The notes beneath the pieces are model-generated. The model saw only the letters and a list, made by a program, of their open reading frames with translations. It was not told the DNA's origin and searched no databases. DNA of 63,977 nt, filler included, from Octopus bimaculoides (lineage: Eukaryota), in assembly GCF_001194135.2 (NCBI RefSeq). It is 6 parts of 5 records of this genome, joined end to end, with 100 filler letters (N's around TTAATTAATTAA, not from the genome) between each part and the next. Parts side by side here need not be neighbours in the genome. Positions count along the whole stretch, not along the records: positions 12,636 to 32,575 come from NC_068987.1; positions 32,676 to 51,315 come from NC_068987.1; 4 more parts are not named here. The stretch is one strand, 5' to 3'. Position numbers and translations under genes: made by a program. Below are positions 25,381 through 35,937 of this stretch, piece by piece (position 1 is the stretch's first letter; each line of letters opens with the position of its first letter).

Positions 25381-25479
25381 ATAATAATAACCCTTTCTAC
25401 TAAAGGCACAAGGCCTGAAATTTGTGGGGAGGGGGTAGTCCATTAAATCGACCTCAGTGCTTGACTGGTACATTTTTCA

Positions 25480-26070
25480 CTGAACCACTAGGGGTTCACA
25501 AAAAACATTGGGTAGGGCGGTACAGGACAATGCAATGTGGGCTTACATAAAAGTCGTGTAAAAGGTAAAAACAGTAACAATATAAAATTATAACAATGAA
25601 TAATTCCCCCAAAGAGGATAACTTCCTAAGGATGCATGTGGAGACCCCACAAAACCACGGTTGCCCTGATCACTAGGTCAAGTGCCCTCTCCACATCGTT
25701 TTCCTTCAACCTACAGGTGCATTCTTAGAGTAGACCCGTTCACTCGGACCATTTTTGCAACATTCACCCACCTTTTAGCAAAATTGCTGGGAAGCAGCAC
25801 TCCCTCTTTACCCTCACTTTCCTTTGCAAATGAAACTTGTAAAAAGTTGATGAGGGCTTGACCAAAGAGAAAAGTATGTCTTCAGCCCTTTCAATCTGGT
25901 CCACCAACAACCGTTTTTTGCTTAGGCCACCAAACACTGCCTGAGCTTCCCGGCCAAAGGAAGGCCGCGGGACAATCTTCACAATGGACTCAGCCGATAG
26001 CTGGATCCGTCCTTCAGATTACAGCAGGTGTTCAAGGGCTAATTCTCGGCAGAGCGAGACACCTTTTCCC
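25480..26070 (-). mobile_element. L1/Tx1-like LINE 3' remnant
   Basis: Minus frame ...STFYKFHLQRKVRVKRECC.. followed by a broken ..KWSE*TGLL, then a 3' UTR; resembles Tx1-type ORF2 C-termini. Confidence 0.45.
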
Positions 26071-27084
26071 CGTTTTCTTTTTATCTCGTTCCTCGTCATT
26101 TTGCCTCTTACTTTAGCTATTATTTTGTAAAAACTTTCTATGCGACAGAAACATTAAAAGAATTGTTTGAGTTAATCATAGTCGATGGAGCTGCTAATAA
26201 AAGGTGTGACTGTGTAAGAAGATTGCTTCCCAACCACATGCTTCCGGGTTCAGTCCCACAGCTCGGCACCATGTGCAAGCGTCTTGAACTACAGCTCCGG
26301 GTCGACCAAAGCCTTGTGACTAGATTTGGTAGACGGAAGCTGAAAATCCCGTCGAGTGTGTGTTGTGTGTGTGTGTATTTCCTTTACGTTACCCCATATC
26401 TGTCTGCCTTGCGGCTTTTCGTCACTGGCGTCACCAGAAGTGAACAATATCAACGTTAAAGGCGCGGAATTGTAATGCTCTTTTGAGCGTTGACTGGTGA
26501 GGAATTTGCTACGAATTTTCTGATTGTTTTGTAAAATTTTGTTTGTTGTGTTTTTGTTAAATTTTTGAAACACACACACACGTAATAAAAAAATAGATCA
26601 AAGGTCCTTCTCGAGCCATAGACTCATAAAGCCGGTTTCCTTGATTCTTCAACGTAGCCATTCCCCGTCCCTGAACAGGACTCCGGTCCTTCGCAGTATT
26701 ACCCATGTATGGCTGCTTAGTGAACTGGAGCAACGTGAAATGAAGTGTTTTGCTCAAGAACACAACGCATCGTCTGGTCCAGGAATCGAAACCACAATTT
26801 TACGATCATGAATACAACGCCCTAACCACTAAGCCATGCGCTGTCACTATGAACGTATAGCTTTGTGTTTGCCTCTCCTCCCCACCACCACCGCTTAGCA
26901 ACAGTGTTGGCTTGTTTACGTGCTCGTAACATAGCGGCTCGGCAAAAGGACTGATAAAATAAGTACCAGACTTTAAAAAAAAAAAATTAAAAAGAGGAAA
27001 CAGAAAAAAGAAAAATACTGGGGTCGATTCGTTCGGCTAAAACCCGTCTGCATGATCGCAATGCAATGACTGAAATTGTTGTTT

Positions 27085-27331
27085 GTTGTTGTTGGCCCTC
27101 CGTCGCTTACGACGTCGAGGGTTCCAGTTGATCCGATCAACGAAACAGCCTGCTCGTGAAATTAACGTTCAAGTGGCTGAGCACTCCACAGGCACGTGTA
27201 CCCTTAACGTAGTTCTCGGAGATATTCAGCGTGACACAGTGTGACAAGGCTGGCCCTTTGAAATACAGGCACAACAGTCAATAAACACTCACAACGCCCG
27301 GTCTGGGAATCGAAACCGGGATCCTATGACC
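27085..27331 (-). mobile_element. tRNA-derived SINE family D (3' end ...GATCGGATCAACTGGAACCCTCGACGTCGTAAGCGACGG)
   Basis: Near-identical to 32676-33017; internally deleted relative to it. Confidence 0.75.
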
Positions 27332-28359
27332 NNNNNNNNNNNNNNNNNNNNNNNNNNNNNNNNNNNNNNNNNNNNNNNNNNNNNNNNNNNNNNNNNNNNN
27401 NNNNNNNNNNNNNNNNNNNNNNNNNNNNNNNNNNNNNNNNNNNNNNNNNNNNNNNNNNNNNNNNNNNNNNNNNNNNNNNNNNNNNNNNNNNNNNNNNNNN
27501 NNNNNNNNNNNNNNNNNNNNNNNNNNNNNNNNNNNNNNNNNNNNNNNNNNNNNNNNNNNNNNNNNNNNNNNNNNNNNNNNNNNNNNNNNNNNNNNNNNNN
27601 NNNNNNNNNNNNNNNNNNNNNNNNNNNNNNNNNNNNNNNNNNNNNNNNNNNNNNNNNNNNNNNNNNNNNNNNNNNNNNNNNNNNNNNNNNNNNNNNNNNN
27701 NNNNNNNNNNNNNNNNNNNNNNNNNNNNNNNNNNNNNNNNNNNNNNNNNNNNNNNNNNNNNNNNNNNNNNNNNNNNNNNNNNNNNNNNNNNNNNNNNNNN
27801 NNNNNNNNNNNNNNNNNNNNNNNNNNNNNNNNNNNNNNNNNNNNNNNNNNNNNNNNNNNNNNNNNNNNNNNNNNNNNNNNNNNNNNNNNNNNNNNNNNNN
27901 NNNNNNNNNNNNNNNNNNNNNNNNNNNNNNNNNNNNNNNNNNNNNNNNNNNNNNNNNNNNNNNNNNNNNNNNNNNNNNNNNNNNNNNNNNNNNNNNNNNN
28001 NATATGATATATATGTGTAATCTACACACTCTGAAAGGTATTCGTAGAAAATTTCATTTAAAAAATACCCATTTTACTGAAAGTTATAGGGAAAACAAAG
28101 CTGACTTGTGTGAATATTCCGGAACTTCTCTTTTCACTCTCGGTAAAAAAAAAAATTTAAAAAAGTTTTCACGAGAAATTCTGATATAATCGGAATCTAC
28201 GCCATGCGAAACGAATCTGTTGAAAGTGCGAGCTTGTGGTTTATGTGAGTGTGTGTGTGCGTGTGTGTGGTGGGTACTTTTCTGCTGATGAAAGGATGAA
28301 CAAAAAACGAAAATCTGCTTCATCCGACAAAGTTAAGTATTAACTCTTGAGTATTGCAG

Positions 28360-28670
28360 AATACTACACGCCACGTAATACAAGCCCGCCTGATTATTGT
28401 AACTGTCAGCTACCAGCTCAGGTTCCACTGATCGTCAGGTTGAGAGAAAAAGAAAACAGAAAACTGCCAATGTATCGGCCGCTCTCCGATAGATTTATGG
28501 TTGAGACCTCCGGCGTTCTTGGGCCCCGGACCATATCCCTGCTCACCGCTATCGGGGCAGAGATTGCTGTTCGCAAGTGCGAGCTCCGTCAAGTTTCCTC
28601 TGGAGCACCGACTTTTCCATTTTGTCTGATGGGATCATGAGCGATGTTTCTATATTGTGAAAAGCAGTAA
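28360..28670 (+). mobile_element. CRE-like retrotransposon endonuclease C-terminal remnant
   Basis: ..MYRPLSDRFMVETSGVLGPRTISLLTAIGAEIAVRKCE.. resembles the CRE-type Y..L...F.P.AVET.G..G...L..IG motif. Confidence 0.55.
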
Positions 28671-29452
28671 TTAATTGAACGACTGGTCATAGATTATTGT
28701 AACTTATCCGAAGATGAATCTTGAAAAGGGCGTTCTGTTGGATCGATCACATTTTTTGTTTTTGTTTTGTATCCTACCATCAAGGGAACAATACACTATA
28801 TAGCTCCAACACGTTGATTTACACCGCGAATTCATGGCATGATAGCCACGACAATTTAAACTGAAACCTCCTAGAATTCTACCAAAAACAATATGCAAAA
28901 TCGGATTTTTACCGACCAAAAACTCTTTCTATAGTCTGTGTTTGTCTGTCTGTCTGTCTGTATGCATGCATGCATGTATGCATGCATGCATGTATGTATG
29001 TATGTATGTATGAATGAATGAATGCATGCATGCATGCCCCTCTTCTTCGGACTTTCTTCAATACATCCAACGAAGGGTTATGCTCGAAACACCTTTACAT
29101 TAAAATTTTCCCTCTTCATCGAGTCAAACTAGTAACATTGACTGTTAACGCACTTGTGCTTTTGTTGTTTCTCGTTTTTGAATTTGGTTTGCTTTCAGAA
29201 GTTGTTTACGTGTTAACGACGCCCTACTTTGACCTGCTTTCTCTATCTCTCTCTGTTTCTCCTCCCCCCTCTCTCTCTCTCACACACACAAACGCACTGT
29301 TTCTTTCCGTCCGTTTAGTGTTTATTTTCATACTGATAAGTTTGCAAGTGAGCTTAAAAGAAACTGGCTGCATTTGTAAATACTATACTATTTTCTATCA
29401 TTTTGGATTTACGCCAGATATATATTTAAAAAAAGATAATAAAAATTTCGAA

Positions 29453-30166
29453 ATGGAAGCCGACTTTCTGGATTACAAAAAAAAGTGTGATGAGGATTTG
29501 TTACCCAGTGCATGGGTTAATTTTAAGAAAGTAATTTCTGCACATATCTCGCTTTTAAACAGCGATACATTGTTTAAACATTATATTTTCAGTACACTAT
29601 TAACGCATATAAGAGGAATCGAGTGTGAAAATGCAGCGATTGCTTTTGACAACTTGGAATTATACACACGTCTACTTTATCGATTCCCTTGGAAATATGA
29701 ATATCGAACTTTAAAAACTTATAATGGATTTTACAGTACTATGATAGATAAATTGATGCCATGCAATCGTGAAATTTTAAAAATGCTTGGATATATTCCT
29801 AATAATGAATCTGTTCTTGAAGGAAACGTTATTTTAGAGTTAGCTATTGTTCCCACATCTCAAACTTTATTAACTATTGGATTTGATTGCCTTGTTGCAA
29901 GCGCACAATGCAAATTGAGACAAAATACATTCAGTAATAATATGAAATTCAGAACTATCGATTATAAAGCATCAGATAATGACAAACGGTTCGCAAAACA
30001 CAATAAATTAAACCATCAGGATGACGATTGGGATTCTAGTGGTTTAGAAAAGACTCTAAATATGAGTCAGTACGTTAAAAGCTACAGGAATGATTATCAC
30101 GATAAAAATAGACAATTGAAAACGGGATGTAGAAGAACGAGGAATCAAATAGCTTGTAATTACTAA
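29453..30166 (+). CDS. SPATA2/Tamo-like PUB-domain protein, 237 aa, single uninterrupted ORF
   Basis: AFDNLELYTRLLYRFPWKYEYRTLKTYNGFYSTMI...ILKMLGYIP...IGFDCLVASAQC matches the SPATA2-family PUB signature (AF..LE...L..PW+KEFR.IKTY.G.F ... I L..MGY.P ... .FEL.LA..EC), compared from memory. ATG in the context CGAAATGG. The upstream 145 codons of the 382-aa track ORF run through repeats and are probably not coding. Confidence 0.8.
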   Translation: MEADFLDYKKKCDEDLLPSAWVNFKKVISAHISLLNSDTLFKHYIFSTLLTHIRGIECENAAIAFDNLELYTRLLYRFPWKYEYRTLKTYNGFYSTMIDKLMPCNREILKMLGYIPNNESVLEGNVILELAIVPTSQTLLTIGFDCLVASAQCKLRQNTFSNNMKFRTIDYKASDNDKRFAKHNKLNHQDDDWDSSGLEKTLNMSQYVKSYRNDYHDKNRQLKTGCRRTRNQIACNY

Positions 30167-31551
30167 TAGCGCCAACAAATTATATGTTAAAAATGTATTT
30201 TATACATTTTTTTAATATATTAACAGGTTAACTACAAAAAAGTAAACACCATGTGTGCGTATGTGTGTATATATATGCACGCGTTGCGCGCGCAATCGCA
30301 AAATAATGCAAAACGTGGACATGCACAGACACAAAATGATCGTTATAATTTGCAACATTCAGTGAAAAGAAACATGTTTATTGTTGTATGTTTGTTTATT
30401 GTCTTTTTTTTTTGCCAAATAAGCATACACACTATATATTCGTTCTCCATTCGTTTATGGCATAACTTCGTTTTGATCGCCTCGTTTATTACTTTTCTTA
30501 TTCTAACTCATGTCCATTGTCCGGAAATCTTTCGCCACACATCTGTTACCTCTTCAGTGACACAACGGAACCTTCTAAAGCAAGCTACACGCTCGCGGCA
30601 TTACAACAGACGATGGTGATGCTAAGGCGTTATAAAAGCCTTACACCTCACGGGCATCGGTAAGGCGAGCTGCCAGCGTTGACAAGAAACTTTGCCGTTA
30701 ACTGCCCAGGTCCTCCAAACGTCTCAAACGCCTCAGGCTGGAAGATATGTATTCTGAAACATGTATTTCACATATATAAACTAGCTGGCCCCGTACCGTC
30801 AAAAATGACGGCTAATTGTAGTAATTTTTATATAAATGAAGTACAAAACCAACTTTTTAGTTTAATAATTGTTTTCTTACCAAATTTTTTTGTGATAAAT
30901 CTATCTGCAACTAAGATACCTTGACTGGCTGTTTCTTTCAAAAGAAGCTAAGTTTTTCTTCCTTCTTGTACGACTTAAGACCACTTAAAGCTGGCCGTGA
31001 CTAAATACGCGAGCTGGCAAGTAAATACCAGCTTTTTCGAACTAACGTTTCCTTTCAATTTCGCTCTCTGAAACCAACCGTAACTCATACGACTTAAAGC
31101 CACAAAAAGCAGTCCATAACTTATAGTTGATGTAAAGACTCCCTATTCAAAAGTTATTACATAAATTCTTTAAAATAAATAAATTAGGCACGTGCATGTG
31201 TATTTATGACATACTTTTCTACTACAGCCGTTTTATATTCTTGATACACTCAGGTAATAATTATTTTCTCTAATGAGTTTGTATATGTTTGTATAGATGT
31301 GTGTGATTGTAATAATTATTTATAACATAACAGATGGAATTTGGTTGGTAATTCAAATTAATACACTTGTCAATGTTATCTAGTGTTGTATTTTGAGATG
31401 TGACATCGATCAACGTTAATTACTGAAAAAACGCCGGTTAGTTTATATATAGTTACTGAAAGAATACTGGGTAAAAATTTCTTAAATAAATAAATTAAGG
31501 ACACGTATAAACTATTAAATTAAGATGTTTTGTTTATAGTATACCTTTCAA

Positions 31552-31860
31552 AAGGCGGCGAGCTGGCAGAAACGTTAGCACGCCGGACGAAATGCTTACC
31601 GGTATTTCGGCTGCCGTTACGCTCTGAGTTCAAATTCCGCCGAGGTCGACTTGGCCTTTCATACTTTCGGGGTCGATAAATTAAGTACCAGTTACGCACT
31701 GGTGTCGATATAATCGACTTAATCCCTTTGTCTGTCCTTGTTTAGCCCCTTGTGGGCAATTAAGAAATAAGAAACGTTAGTAGGCCGGGCGAAATGCTTA
31801 GTAGTATTTCGTCTGTCTTTATGTTCTGAGTTCAAATTTCGCCGAGGTCGACTTTACTGA
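31552..31860 (+). mobile_element. Young tandem family A SINE copies (CpGs intact)
   Basis: AAGGCGGCGAGCTGGCAGAAACGTTAGCACGCCGG...GAGTTCAAATTCCGCCGAGGTCGAC; the second copy is truncated. Confidence 0.85.
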
Positions 31861-32290
31861 AAGAACGCTGGTTCACACATACAAACATTCACATAGTTCC
31901 CTTGTACATGCACACACATACTCAGAGTTGAAACGCTGATTTTCTTTTCACCGTAGAATTTCTATCATCCCACTACCACTTTGCCGTCACCTCTTCCTTC
32001 CTTATTAATCTATCACCCCTTCCTTTTTCATTCATATGTTGTAACTGAGAAAAACACGAGTATTATTGTAGTATATATTTATGAAAAATTTAGATTAATT
32101 TTTGCATAGTTTTTACTCGTTATTGTGTACTTTTTTAATGGTAATTCTATCGAATAAAGCGTCGGCAATTATCTGTTTCACAAAAAAATTGTAATATTTT
32201 TAGATTTGTGTATTATAAAACAGATGTTAAGACTCTTTTAAAAAAATTCATTTGCCTTTTTGTTTATATATATATATATATCAAAATAAG

Positions 32291-32575
32291 CAACAAGGAT
32301 ATCCAGAGGTAATGCAGTACGATCGTTTCATGCAACTCCATTTAGTTGAACAATGCAATCATTACATCAATTTAAAATGCAGAGCAATCCTCTATGCTGA
32401 AGTGGAGACATGTTCTTTGTCTATCTCCTTAACTTCTTGGAGATTTTAGGTATAATTATACTAATGTGTCCATCTGTTCTAATTTAATTAAATTTTATGT
32501 CTTTGTGCAACTGAGGATTGCTCTGCACTTTAAATTGATGTAATGATTGCATTATTCAATTAAATGGAGTTGCAT
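32291..32575. mobile_element. Long-TIR fold-back element
   Basis: Arms 32330-32392 and 32513-32575 are inverted with 60/63 identity; the right arm runs into the linker. (TA)n lies just upstream. Confidence 0.75.
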
Positions 32576-32675
32576 NNNNNNNNNNNNNNNNNNNNNNNNN
32601 NNNNNNNNNNNNNNNNNNNTTAATTAATTAANNNNNNNNNNNNNNNNNNNNNNNNNNNNNNNNNNNNNNNNNNNN
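32576..32675. other. Artificial scaffold linker (44N-TTAATTAATTAA-44N)
   Basis: 12-mer at 32620-32631. Confidence 0.95.
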
Positions 32676-33017
32676 GATCCGATCAACAGAACAGACTGCT
32701 CGTGAAATTAACGTGCAAGTGGCTGAGCACTCCACAGACATGTGTACCCTTAACGTAGTTCTCGGGGATGTTCAGCGTGACACAGTGTGACAAAGCTGAC
32801 CCTTTGAATTACAGGCACAACAGAAAGAGGAAGTAAGAGTGAGAGAAAGTTGTGGTGAAAGAGTACAGCAGGGTTCGCCACCATCCCCTGCCGGAGCCTC
32901 GTGGAGCTTTAGGTGTTTTCGCTCAATAAACACTCACAATGCCCGGTCTGGGAATAGAAACCGCAATCCTATGACCATGAGTCCATTGCCCTAACCATTG
33001 GGCCATTGCGCCTCCAC
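32676..33017 (-). mobile_element. tRNA-derived SINE family D, near full length
   Basis: Minus strand GGAGGCGCAATGGCCCAATGGTTAGGGCAATGGACTCATGGTCATAGGATTGCGGTTTCTATTCCCAGACC: tRNA-like head with A/B boxes. Confidence 0.8.
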
Positions 33018-34012
33018 ACTGGAGTCTATGGTACTGACAAACTGCCTACCCTAAAAATTGTTAGCCTCGTGCCTAAATGAGAAACAACTATTTACATGTT
33101 ACTATGTTATTTCTCAATGAACATTAACTTCTCTGAATTACATTTTTGTAAGACCTGATTCCTCCCCCTCTCTCTATCTTTCTCTCAGACACACACAGTG
33201 ATTATTACTTTAGTGGTTTTGGATCCTCAAGAGTCCATTTGATCCTTGGAAGTCCATATAATATTTTGTTGTTAAAGTTTATTTGCAGATAAATTATTTA
33301 TACTTCTACAATACACAAAATAGTTTCATGTTTTTAAAATACAATTCCTAATAATATCTAATTATAAAAAATATAACAAGATATTTTAAATACTGGATGG
33401 CTTTGAAGATTCATCTGAGTAAAATAGGAATCAAAGGCAAAAAATGGTTGAAAGCCACCACTTTACATAATGTGTTTGATTAAAAAGAAAACGGAACAAC
33501 TCCAAAATTCTATGAGTGTGTTTGTGCGTAATAAAACAGTTTAATCATCATCTTTTGTTTCTTGACTTGGGCAGCAGTGTGTCTAATAAAATATCTTTAC
33601 AAAAGCAAAAAAAAAAAAAAAAAAAAAAAANNNNNNNNNNNNNNNNNNNNNNNNNNNNNNNNNNNNNNNNNNNNNNNNNNNNNNNNNNNNNNNNNNNNNN
33701 NNNNNNNNNNNNNNNNNNNNNNNNNNNNNNNNNNNNNNNNNNNNNNNNNNNNNNNNNNNNNNNNNNNNNNNNNNNNNNNNNNNNNNNNNNNNNNNNNNNN
33801 NNNNNNNNNNNNNNNNNNNNNNNNNNNNNNNNNNNNNNNNNNNNNNNNNNNNNNNNNNTTTTTTTTTTTCTGATTTGAAAAAGAGTTGGGGTTTGTGTGA
33901 GGGTGTTATATGCCTGCGAAAACGCATTCTTTTGTCCACACCACCCAGCTGCATGCAATCCTATCTTTATTTTGCCTCATATATATAATTGACATTATAT
34001 AGAGTTTAATAC

Positions 34013-34044
<32 letters not shown>

Positions 34045-35259
34045 GGGAAAACAAACAAGAAATAGAACTCAACTTTCTGCTAATTAGAAATATTAAAATT
34101 ATATACCCCTTTTTTTTATTATTACATTTTTAATTGGAGAAAAGTTATAAAATGTGACTCGAGGAATGAGAGTTTCGTTAGTTCGGTAAATGCTTCCGCA
34201 AAGCTCTCGGGTCTTGAATCACTTTTGTAATAATTTACTAATGGAAAAAAGAAAGAAAGGAAAGAGTTATTTCCCTTTGCAGCTTTTCTTTCTCGAAGTG
34301 CTTTATCGTAAATGGTTTGGCTGTGGGTAAGCTGGGTCTATAATGGCTTAGCTTGGTGCCTTGTCATAGGCCTGCTTTGCCGTACTCATTTTGCTAAGCC
34401 CTTGGGAAAAGGCATGAATATTTGCCCACCTGTTTCTTCCTGTCCCCTTACCACAAGAGGGCTAATTATTCATCAATTGATGAATAATGCATTTATTGAT
34501 TGAGCTATATAAATAAAATGCTAAATGTATCTATATTTGATCGATATAATCCATATTCTTTTGTCTTTTACAAAACTTTGTTTTCTTTAGTTTTAAATTG
34601 TTTAGCTTGTTTTATTCCATGCTTATTTTTATGAGAAACCTACAACCCTTTTTAAGAATTGATGTGTATAGCTTGTTCCTAGCCAAATATTTTATTTAAT
34701 CCCACCCTCCTTTTTCCCCCCAAGATATCTTCCCTTGTTAGATTTATTAACAGCATTTAGTATTTGAACCCATTTAGAATATCTTAGTTTCTGGCATTCT
34801 TTTACCCAAAGTTTGAGTATTTAGACTTCCTTCCTGTCCATGATGAGAGTTCAATGCAGATGGTAAAATACGTAGTTGTCTGCTTTGCACATTAAATGTT
34901 GCATTGAGATCAGCTATTTTTATTTTTACTTTTCTATGTAATTATATTGAATTTTATATCTTGTATAGTTACTTCCATATTTTCAAATCAAATCAGATAC
35001 ATGAATGATATTATGGTGTGATTGGTAGGCAGTCAGACAAAATGCTTTGTAGTAATTCGGTTATCTCCCTTTATGTTTAAGGTTCAAACCCTACCAGCGT
35101 TAATTTTGCTTTTTTTTTGTCTTGGTACTCTCTCTATGTAATTTGGTGCCTTGTGCTCATATTAGAATTCAATATTTCATCCTAAATTGGATTGATAAAA
35201 TATAGTACTAGCGTTGAAGTCACTTGACTAACTTTATTCCCAGAATTGGTAGCTTTACA

Positions 35260-35700
35260 TCTATGTAAGAAATTATTATGGCAGGATTGGTATAGTGGTG
35301 AATGAAATGCCTATTTAGTTGTGTACCTTTACATTCTGAGTTCACAGAGATTGATTCACTCTGCCTTTTATCATTTCTGGGGGCTAGAAAATAAGCATAA
35401 GGCAAGTACTAGGGTCGATGTAATTGACCTCCCTCCCAAAATTTCAGGTCTTATGCCTCTTGTTTAAAAGATCATTATCATTATTAAGGTGGTGAGCTGG
35501 CAGAATTGTTAGCACACCAGGCAGAATGCTTAGCAGCATTTTGTCCATCTTTACACTCTGAGTTCAAATTCCACAGAGGTTAACTTTGCATTTCATCCCT
35601 TTGGGGTTGATAAAATAAGTACCAGTTGAATACTGGGGTTGATGTTATCGACTCACATCCTCCCCCAAAATTTCAAGTTTTGTGTTTTTAGTAGAAAAAA
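35260..35700 (+). mobile_element. Tandem family A SINE copies, CpG-decayed
   Basis: GGTGGTGAGCTGGCAGAATTGTTAGCACACCAGG...TTCCACAGAGGTTAAC; consensus CpGs read as TpG/CpA. Confidence 0.8.
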
Positions 35701-35937
35701 TTATTATTATTAGCAAACAGTAAAATTGAAATGAGAGTTTTTACATTTTCTTGCTGAATGGCCGATAGCTTCCCAGTCTCTCATAAAAAGAGAGTGTACA
35801 AAATGTGTATTTTGTTTTTACAATAAACTTCTTGCTCATGTTTTATTTATTATAATACTGTCTCTTATATCAACCATCCAGAGTGAATTAAAAATCCAGT
35901 AGTTATATGAATGTAAATGAAAAACATAGCAAACGTA

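Noticed and set aside
29018-29452. N-terminal 145 aa of the 382-aa ORF as a transmembrane extension
   Set aside because: Runs through (ATGC)/(CT) microsatellites and a Penelope-like repeat; hydrophobicity reflects T-rich DNA.
31552-31650. SINE heads as tRNA genes
   Set aside because: A/B boxes are present but there is no complete cloverleaf, and they continue into multi-copy SINE bodies.
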